The translations under genes and the position numbers were made by a program. A DNA stretch of 64,000 bases from NCBI GenBank assembly GCA_041750285.1, contig JBGSZS010000016.1, forward strand, positions 32,001-96,000, in the 5' to 3' direction. The notes below the pieces were generated by a model, which had not been told where the DNA came from, ran no database searches, and saw only the letters and a list, made by a program, of their open reading frames with translations. Shown here one piece after another: positions 57,139-64,000 of this stretch (the stretch's first letter is position 1; each line of letters begins with the position of its first letter). Origin of the DNA: Candidatus Fermentibacteraceae bacterium. GTDB lineage: Bacteria > Fermentibacterota > Fermentibacteria > Fermentibacterales > JCC-6.

Positions 57139-59871
57139 TCAATTCACCACGGCGGCGTGGAAAACGGCTTCGGAGGAGTCGCCGTCCGTGACCACCCGAA
57201 GGCAGACGTAATAAAGGCCGGGCGAGAGCTGCGAAGTCTCCCATTCGACTTCCCACGGTGACCCGCCCGGGGCCTCTCCCTGGAAGAATCCCACCAGTTC
57301 GCCAGCCACGTTGAAAACGCGCACGGTGTAGGTGCAGTCGGAACCCGGCGTGAACCTGATGAAGCCCGTTCCGTCCTGGACGGGGTTGGGCCAGACGAAG
57401 AAACCCTGGGCCGAAAGAAGCTCGGGCGTGGTTTTCCCGGGAAGGTCTTCAGGCCACCAGCACCCTTCCCCCCCGCGGTCAAGCCCGGTGTGCCATCCCT
57501 GGGGGGCCGCTGGAAGGGGCCAGGCGCCGATCCAACCGCCGCTGGCAATACCCATGAGCCTGTGCGTCCCGTCACCTGAGAACTTCCACAGCAATGGACG
57601 TCCAACCGGGCCGTCGCCCACCGACCAGAGCGTGCCGGGCATTTCTTCGGCGGCTCCGTTCCACAGACCGGTCCGGCCGTCACGCATGGAGAAGCCGGCA
57701 AAGCCGCTGCCGCCGATGCCCCGGTTGAAACGGTCGACCTGTTCTGAAAGGCTGTCGGTGAAGGCGGTGACGGGCCAGTCCGCCGGAATGGTTCCGCTGG
57801 GGGAGACGGCATGCGCGCCGGTGGAAGTCTCTACTACAAGGTCGATGTAGCCGTTTTCGTCGGGATCGGCCGGAAACAACCCCCCCAGCGCAGCGCCGCC
57901 AAGGGCGGACGGGAAGCCGGGCTCGAGGTCGCCCGAAGCATCGTAGCTGAAAACGTAACCCCTTACCGTAAGGGCGATCTCCTGCGTGCCGTCGCGGTCG
58001 AAGTCGGCGGAGACAGGAAGGGATATGTCGCCACCGCCCGGATGGACGCCGCTGAACATCGGCCTTCCCGCGAGATCGAAGGCATAGAGGCTGCCGTCGG
58101 CGACCGTGACAGCTATCCCAGGAGAATCGGGATCGGGTATGACACACACGCCCCTGACCTGATAGTCGAACCTCCTGGGCCATCCCGGAAGAAGGCTGCC
58201 CGCGGGTGAGAGGACGTGAACGCTGTCTGCAGCCACGGCCACGGCCACCTGAAGCCGTTCGGAGAAAAGGACCTGCACCGGCTCGGAGCCAACGCGGACG
58301 GGCCACCCCGGTGCCTCGTCTCCCCACTGGGGAGTGAGCATGTGGACATATCCGTTGCGGTCGCCGGTGAACAGGTACTCGGTTCCTTCGATGGGCGCAA
58401 TGACGGGAGGGGTCGCGAGTATGGCGCCGAAACCGAAAAGAAGCCCGCCCGAGGGTGACAGAGCCTCGATCCTGCCGCTTCCCCTGAGCACGGCGATTAC
58501 CTCGCCGTAACCGGGCGCGTTCCAGACCATGAGGCCGGAAGCGGGGTTCGACACCCTGCGGGGCCAGCCTTCGACGTCCTGCCGGGTCACCGTGAAAGCC
58601 ATGCTGTTTCCCGAGTTGGAGGTCACATCGACTGTAACGCCGGTGCGGCCGCCCCATGAGGCGGATGTGGACGGCGTCGTTTCGGGGCCGAGAAGCCATG
58701 CGTACCCGTCGCGCATCCAGGGGTCCCACCTGCTGCCCTCGCTTGTGTAGAAAAAGTCGTAATAAATGGTGTTGAAATCGGGAATGCCGTCGGCCTCGAC
58801 GACCGAGACACCCTGGTGATCGGGGTCGACGTTGATGGTGTTGGCCGCAAGATGGCTGCCGAGCCTGGTTTCATCGACATGCCAGATCAGAATGCCCGAC
58901 CCGGGAAGGCCGAAGTCGCGCTCGTGAGCCCCGCACTGGCCGTTGCCGTCGGGGTCGCGCTGGCGGTTCTCGATCAGGAGGTACTCGGAGCCAGAAAGGG
59001 GCACACGGTACACGGTGTCACCCGGGGACACGGTGAAACTGCCGTCGTAAACCTCGATAACGTCGGCCCAGCCAAGATGCTCGCGTGTGAATGCCCCCGG
59101 TGCCGAGGGCCAGAAGCCGTACATGAGCCACTGGCCGTACCCCATCAGGTCCCAGCCGCCGATGGCCACGCTTCCCGTCATGGTGTTGTAAAGATCGGGC
59201 GCTCCGAGCCACCGGAGCAGCTTGGCTGCCATTACTCCGAGAACACCGAGGCCCAGGCCGTCCTGCGTCTGGTGCTCGGGAACGATGACACCCTCCCTTA
59301 CAAGTACACCGTCGTCGGTGGGGATGCCGCCGGCCATCCAGGGATCCTCGAGGCCGATGTAATACTGGAATGTGTCATAGTTTACGAAGTAGGAGCTTAT
59401 GTCGAGGGTGCTGTTGCCCAGAACGTCGCCTTCACGGCCGGCCCCCGCGTGAACCACCATCACAAGGTCGTACCCTGAAAAATCGACCTCGCTGTCGGCG
59501 GCCTGAACTGCGTGCACCAACAGCCAGATGACAGCACTGGGCCATCTGTCGTTGTCGCCGTACCACGCCATCTGGTGGGGCATGAGGTAGCCGCCGTCGC
59601 CCACTGCCGGGTATACGGAGAAATCGAAGTCCTGCCTTCCGCCACTCACATCGGTGAAGTAGGAATCCACCTGGCCGGCAATGTCGATGCTGTAGTCCCT
59701 GCCGTGACCGGGCAGAAACTGCCCGTTGCCGGTCGTGGAATCGGTGTAGTCCTCGATGAATTCAACGCGAAGCACACATACCCGTGCCGTTGCAAGGCTG
59801 GCCGGCACCCCGGGAAGAGGGGCGGACAGGGCCCATGAGACAAGGAACGGTGACAGAGCAGCGAAACGCAC
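57139..59871 (-). CDS. M6 (InhA)-like peptidase homolog lacking the zinc motif, with FG-GAP repeats and T9SS-type CTD
   Basis: VVHAGAG, LGAPDLY, WDLMGYG, YLLIENR, GILIWHVDE; CTD VWPNP..PGLYY. Confidence 0.82.
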   Translation of the reverse strand: MRFAALSPFLVSWALSAPLPGVPASLATARVCVLRVEFIEDYTDSTTGNGQFLPGHGRDYSIDIAGQVDSYFTDVSGGRQDFDFSVYPAVGDGGYLMPHQMAWYGDNDRWPSAVIWLLVHAVQAADSEVDFSGYDLVMVVHAGAGREGDVLGNSTLDISSYFVNYDTFQYYIGLEDPWMAGGIPTDDGVLVREGVIVPEHQTQDGLGLGVLGVMAAKLLRWLGAPDLYNTMTGSVAIGGWDLMGYGQWLMYGFWPSAPGAFTREHLGWADVIEVYDGSFTVSPGDTVYRVPLSGSEYLLIENRQRDPDGNGQCGAHERDFGLPGSGILIWHVDETRLGSHLAANTINVDPDHQGVSVVEADGIPDFNTIYYDFFYTSEGSRWDPWMRDGYAWLLGPETTPSTSASWGGRTGVTVDVTSNSGNSMAFTVTRQDVEGWPRRVSNPASGLMVWNAPGYGEVIAVLRGSGRIEALSPSGGLLFGFGAILATPPVIAPIEGTEYLFTGDRNGYVHMLTPQWGDEAPGWPVRVGSEPVQVLFSERLQVAVAVAADSVHVLSPAGSLLPGWPRRFDYQVRGVCVIPDPDSPGIAVTVADGSLYAFDLAGRPMFSGVHPGGGDISLPVSADFDRDGTQEIALTVRGYVFSYDASGDLEPGFPSALGGAALGGLFPADPDENGYIDLVVETSTGAHAVSPSGTIPADWPVTAFTDSLSEQVDRFNRGIGGSGFAGFSMRDGRTGLWNGAAEEMPGTLWSVGDGPVGRPLLWKFSGDGTHRLMGIASGGWIGAWPLPAAPQGWHTGLDRGGEGCWWPEDLPGKTTPELLSAQGFFVWPNPVQDGTGFIRFTPGSDCTYTVRVFNVAGELVGFFQGEAPGGSPWEVEWETSQLSPGLYYVCLRVVTDGDSSEAVFHAAVVN

Positions 59872-59874
59872 CTG

Positions 59875-60864
59875 TCAGAACCCTACCGTGAGGGAAAACT
59901 TCTGATTGTACTTTCCGCTTCCCTGAAGTTCCTCGACCACCGGGATGAATGCCATATCGAACTGGAACCCCTCCCATTTGATGCCCGCGCCCCAGGTAAG
60001 TCCCTGTCGGGTGCTCGCGCCCTCGGTATCGTGGGAATAGCCCGCCCTGAGGGCAAGCAGGTCGTAGTACCAGAGCTCGGCTCCGACACCGAACGTGTTC
60101 TCGCTTATCTCTTCGCCGATCTCCTCGGTGACGTCCACAAGGAGTTTCGAATATTCGCCCGCGGCCAGAAGGCTGAAGAGCTCGTTTTCGATGGGGCGCA
60201 CCGCCATGCCCAGCCTGATCTCACGGGGCAGGGGATTGTTCTCGCTGTTGCCGCCGTAGCTCATATTGGGGCCAAGGTTGGCAAGGCACGCGCCCAGTGA
60301 CATCCGGCCGATCCCGAATTCGGGCACGTGGTAGAGAACGCCGAAATCAGCGGCAAAACTGGAACCCTTGCCGTTGTCTTCGTAGTAGAGGTGGTCGTAT
60401 ATGAACTTCAGGCTCATTCCCACTCCGAGGCCTTCGGCCACTTCGGTGCCGAAGCTGCCCGTCCCGCTGATGCCGTAGGAATAGAATGTGCCCACGGGTT
60501 CGGTGTAGCCCTCGGGGATCTCCTGCTGTTCCCCCATGGACATGAACGTGATGTTCCCACCGATCCCGCCCCATCCCTCGAGGTGCTGGGCATAACCCAG
60601 GAACTCGAAGTAAAGGTCATCCGCAAGCTGTGGAAGCCACTTGGAGTGCTGAAGGGTCAGCTCGGACCTTTCGGAAGAGACGAATGCCAGCCCGGCGGGG
60701 TTCCAGTAGCTGGCCGTGGCATCGTCGCTAATGGCCGTGAAAACCTCGCCCATCCCGTTGGGCCTGGCTCCCGGGGTGATGTCCTTCCAGATCACCGCTG
60801 CCGTGGCACCCCAAGAACTCCCGGCGAACGCCGCCAATGTGGCGGCGACAAGTAACTTATGCAT
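59875..60864 (-). CDS. porV: PorV/PorQ family outer-membrane protein
   Basis: PGARPNGMGE..AISDDATASYWNPAGLA, HSKWL, LALRAGY; C-terminal Phe. Confidence 0.88.
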   Translation of the reverse strand: MHKLLVAATLAAFAGSSWGATAAVIWKDITPGARPNGMGEVFTAISDDATASYWNPAGLAFVSSERSELTLQHSKWLPQLADDLYFEFLGYAQHLEGWGGIGGNITFMSMGEQQEIPEGYTEPVGTFYSYGISGTGSFGTEVAEGLGVGMSLKFIYDHLYYEDNGKGSSFAADFGVLYHVPEFGIGRMSLGACLANLGPNMSYGGNSENNPLPREIRLGMAVRPIENELFSLLAAGEYSKLLVDVTEEIGEEISENTFGVGAELWYYDLLALRAGYSHDTEGASTRQGLTWGAGIKWEGFQFDMAFIPVVEELQGSGKYNQKFSLTVGF

Positions 60865-60882
60865 TTCATCCTCCTGTTTCGA

Positions 60883-63800
60883 TCAATTTGCCACGACCGC
60901 CATCACTCCCGTGACGGAGGATTCACCGGCTGTAACCGTGTATATGTAAGCACCCGACGCCAAAGGATCGCCGTCGGCATCGCGCAGGTCCCACACCGAC
61001 TGATTGTAGCCCGCTGCACCCTGCAGGTTCCGGAATGAGGCGACCGGTCTGCCGGCTACGGTGAAAACCAGAATGTCGACTGGACCGGAGCCGGATTGAA
61101 TCCAGTGGAAACCCGCCACGTCAGACGAGGGGTTGGGGTAGACCCAGACCTGTTCCAGAACGGGACCGGCGTCGGAAAGGACCTCGAACTCCATCTCCGA
61201 CCAGGAGAGGTTCAGCAGGCAGTCGGTGGCACGCAGGCGAAGCTGGTGCATGCCGGGGGACAGGCTCTGGAGGGGCACGAGAAGCCTCCCGCTCTCGGCG
61301 GAGCCCTGGTCGAAGGTGAAGTAGGAAGAAACATCGGACGGAACGTCGTCGAGGTACAGGGCAAGCTGGGCTCCCGGATAGGGCAGAAGGTTGATGCCCG
61401 AAGGATCGGACAGCTCGGCGCAGAACCACACCTCGCCCGACACGCTTGGAACCTGAGTGCCCCTGTAGCCCTGTATCCAGGATTCGATTACTGGACCGTC
61501 GGAGTCGCCGGAAGGGTTGCCCGGCTCGATCACGCCGGGGAAGACGCACGAAAGGCTTCCACCAGCCCCGCCTGGGGAGAAGAACCTCACCCTGGCCAGA
61601 TCCCCCGTGGCTGCCACCAGCGGAACGAAGATGTCCTGCGTGAACCCGGGGACCGCCTGGGTGAAGCCGCGGTGGAAGAGGCCGGGAACGGTATAGTGCC
61701 TTATCGGGAGGTTGGTCTGGTAGGTGTAGTAGGTGTCGGGCTGCATCGATTCCCAGGCGCTGACCATGACCTGCCCCTCGCGACCGGTCAGGGTGCCCTC
61801 GAATGAGGTCATCTCACCTGTGCGCAAAACGGGGTAGGAATGGGTTATCCCGCTGTCGGGAAGGGCGAGGTCGAGCGAGCCGTCGCCGAAGAGGATGTAG
61901 TACTTGTCGTAGTTCCCGCCGTTATAGACCTTGCCGAGGAACGTTGCTTCACCCATCGACAGGTTCGGATTCGTCAGGAGGACCGAAAAGATGCTTATCA
62001 GCATGTTGCGGTTCGAACTGCCCTGTGTCTTCAGTGAGGCGCCCAGTGACGTGATGGCTCCGCCCGAGGGAGGCAGCGTGACCTCGCCCGAGATGCACTT
62101 GCGGCCAGGGTACTGGAACATCCCCACGTCGCACGAGCCGAAGAAGGCGTAGGGAAGCCTTCCCCCGTTTTCGAGCTGGGCCCAGTCCTCGAGGTAGAAG
62201 AGCCCTTCGTCGGCTATCTGGTCGTAACTGCCGTGACCCATGTAAAACATCACCAGGGCGCCGCGCGACCATGCGTCGATGAAGGACTGCCGCCACTCCG
62301 GCTTCTTGCCGGCGTCGTTCCAGGTGTGGAAAATCCCGAACTGGCGGTCGACGAAGAACCTTCCGGGAACGCTCTCCAGAATGGCTTCGGTCTGATTGGT
62401 GTGGTAGGTGTCGGTGTAGTAGGGCACCCCGTTGGAGATCATCCTTTCGTCGTCGGCCGCGGCGATCACCTCGGACTGCCAGTCGCCCGATGCGGCGAGG
62501 GTGAAGTAGTCATACGCGCGCTGGGCGAGGGTCTGGAGTTCGGAACGGTTGGAGGCAAGAAGCCGGGACACTCCGAACTGGGGGTCGGCGGAACCCGACA
62601 CCACTCCGTACCGGTCATCGCTTACGCCTTCGTCGGAGAGGCGGGTCACCAGAACGTCCATCGGGCAAGGCTGGGAGTAGAGGAAGTGCCTGGGGTCGAA
62701 GTGACCGGTTCCCACGAGCACGATCTCGGTGGGCAGGGGGTCCCATGTATTCATCACCCAGTCCAGCATGGCCCTGACGGCCTGCGGGTCGCGCACGCCG
62801 CCGTTGAACTCGTCCCACACCTCGGTGAGTGACACGAACACCCGGCTGCGACCGTCGGGACGGTCAAGAAGGGGCATGTCGGGTCCGAACTCGTCAGGGT
62901 AGAAAACTATGACATCGCCGCCCGACAGCGTGCCGCGGATCCGCCCGGGAGACGCCGGGGCGACTGAATAGGGCTCGGGCAGGCTGCCGGTGGGATACAT
63001 GAACATGACGGGCATGCGCCACCCGAACGGAACCTCGACCTCGAAGGCGTTGCCGCCCGGAAGGTCGAGCGCGTGTATCAGGGTGTCGCCGTTCACAAGG
63101 AATGCCCGGGCCTGGTCGAGGTTCTGTGCCCAGGAGACCCTGCGCCTCTCCCCTATGGGAACCGAATAGACCAGCGGGACCTCCATGGCCGTTGACGACG
63201 AGGAAAAGCTCTTCTCGGGGAACACCGACACCCAGTCGAAGTTCACGGTGTAAGAGCCCGAAACCTGCGAGAACCTTATGCCAAGGCTGTTGCCCGCGTT
63301 CTTGAAGCCCGAGACGTCGAACGTGAGTATGTGCCGTCCGGTTGAGGAAAGGATCGTATCGCCCTGGGTGACGCCGTTGAGGATGGCGGTTACCTTGGCC
63401 TGCCCCGCGGAAAGTACCAGGCCCACCCTTGCCAGGCCGGGTCCGGTTGCCCCCTGGGTGTCGAAGTTGAGGGTGGCGGTCTGGGTGTGGCTGCCGGACA
63501 GCCGCGACCACGACCAGTAATCCCACACCGAAGTCTCGCGGATGTAGTTCTTCTCGAAGTGGTGCCTGCCCAGGTAATGGTCGGTGGCCGGCGGGGCGCC
63601 CGTTATGGAGCAGTCGACCGTCTCCATGAAAGGCCCCCCGGCCTCGCCCCAGGTCAGCCAGTAGGTGTTCAGGGAGTCGTACTGACCGTTGAAGTGAAGG
63701 CCGTCGAAACCTATCCTGTCGTCCCACCACGAAAGACCCCTGCCGAAGAAGAGGACCCTGTCGGTACCGTCGAATACGCCGTCTCCGCCGTCCTCCACCA

Positions 63801-64000
63801 GGACCGGAACGGGTATGGGCTCGTACGAGTAGTCCCACGGAACTTCCTCGCTCATCCCGAGGCCGCGGCCGCAGTACATGCTGAAAGAGGATGAGGGCAT
63901 CCCGACGGCCTGGGGCAGAAGCGCGCCGGTGACCTGGAAAACGCCAGCAGTATCGACCTGAATGCGCGCCCACGGTCTGCCCCAGAACGGGCTGGAACCG
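60883..64000 (-). CDS. porU: T9SS sortase PorU-like C25 peptidase (5' end beyond the window)
   Basis: The frame stays open to the window edge (WARIQVDTAGVFQV); DEFNGG, ADDE, YMGHG, GSCD, LFGD, DSDGP, SDPSGIN; CTD VYPNP; adjacent to porV. Confidence 0.88.
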   Translation of the reverse strand, partial: GSSPFWGRPWARIQVDTAGVFQVTGALLPQAVGMPSSSFSMYCGRGLGMSEEVPWDYSYEPIPVPVLVEDGGDGVFDGTDRVLFFGRGLSWWDDRIGFDGLHFNGQYDSLNTYWLTWGEAGGPFMETVDCSITGAPPATDHYLGRHHFEKNYIRETSVWDYWSWSRLSGSHTQTATLNFDTQGATGPGLARVGLVLSAGQAKVTAILNGVTQGDTILSSTGRHILTFDVSGFKNAGNSLGIRFSQVSGSYTVNFDWVSVFPEKSFSSSSTAMEVPLVYSVPIGERRRVSWAQNLDQARAFLVNGDTLIHALDLPGGNAFEVEVPFGWRMPVMFMYPTGSLPEPYSVAPASPGRIRGTLSGGDVIVFYPDEFGPDMPLLDRPDGRSRVFVSLTEVWDEFNGGVRDPQAVRAMLDWVMNTWDPLPTEIVLVGTGHFDPRHFLYSQPCPMDVLVTRLSDEGVSDDRYGVVSGSADPQFGVSRLLASNRSELQTLAQRAYDYFTLAASGDWQSEVIAAADDERMISNGVPYYTDTYHTNQTEAILESVPGRFFVDRQFGIFHTWNDAGKKPEWRQSFIDAWSRGALVMFYMGHGSYDQIADEGLFYLEDWAQLENGGRLPYAFFGSCDVGMFQYPGRKCISGEVTLPPSGGAITSLGASLKTQGSSNRNMLISIFSVLLTNPNLSMGEATFLGKVYNGGNYDKYYILFGDGSLDLALPDSGITHSYPVLRTGEMTSFEGTLTGREGQVMVSAWESMQPDTYYTYQTNLPIRHYTVPGLFHRGFTQAVPGFTQDIFVPLVAATGDLARVRFFSPGGAGGSLSCVFPGVIEPGNPSGDSDGPVIESWIQGYRGTQVPSVSGEVWFCAELSDPSGINLLPYPGAQLALYLDDVPSDVSSYFTFDQGSAESGRLLVPLQSLSPGMHQLRLRATDCLLNLSWSEMEFEVLSDAGPVLEQVWVYPNPSSDVAGFHWIQSGSGPVDILVFTVAGRPVASFRNLQGAAGYNQSVWDLRDADGDPLASGAYIYTVTAGESSVTGVMAVVAN

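Noticed and set aside
1..64000. CRISPR arrays, tRNA, rRNA, IS elements, recoded stop codons
   Set aside because: No repeat-spacer periodicity, cloverleaf, transposase or interrupted conserved ORF was seen by eye; a tool-based scan could still find weak cases.

Overview
A GC-rich (roughly 60% by eye), gene-dense chromosomal segment from an anaerobic, fermentative, diderm bacterium. The combination of PorU/PorV, five proteins with T9SS-type C-terminal domains (CTDs), an [FeFe]-hydrogenase and an Ehr complex suggests a non-Bacteroidota FCB-group lineage such as Ca. Fermentibacteria; this is inference. In order, the window holds: an Ehr/Hyf-like membrane operon behind an HTH-PTS-EIIA gene; a CDF transporter; a serpin divergent from a gingipain-like C25 protease; an orphan Na+-decarboxylase beta/gamma pair; a long minus-strand housekeeping run (TPR protein, aminopeptidase, dnaE, comF, lgt, rodA-mrdA-mreDCB); PHP and HD phosphohydrolases; an ankyrin + atypical hybrid kinase pair divergent from a catalytically eroded tyrosine recombinase; a HydABC hydrogenase with non-bifurcating signatures; mobA; sahR-ahcY; a degenerate cyclase-STAND-TPR protein; and a tightly coupled T9SS-like operon (porU, porV, M6 pseudo-protease, HExxH protease, OM protein, Omp85). 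The best candidates for something new are (i) the pseudo-recombinase/pseudo-kinase/ankyrin module, with a lox/dif-like palindrome in an AT-rich patch inside the kinase gene, (ii) the T9SS-like operon with a dead M6 protease, and (iii) two riboswitch-like leaders, upstream of mobA and of the Ehr operon. No rRNA, tRNA, CRISPR array or intact IS was seen. All calls are by motif recognition only, with no database searches.
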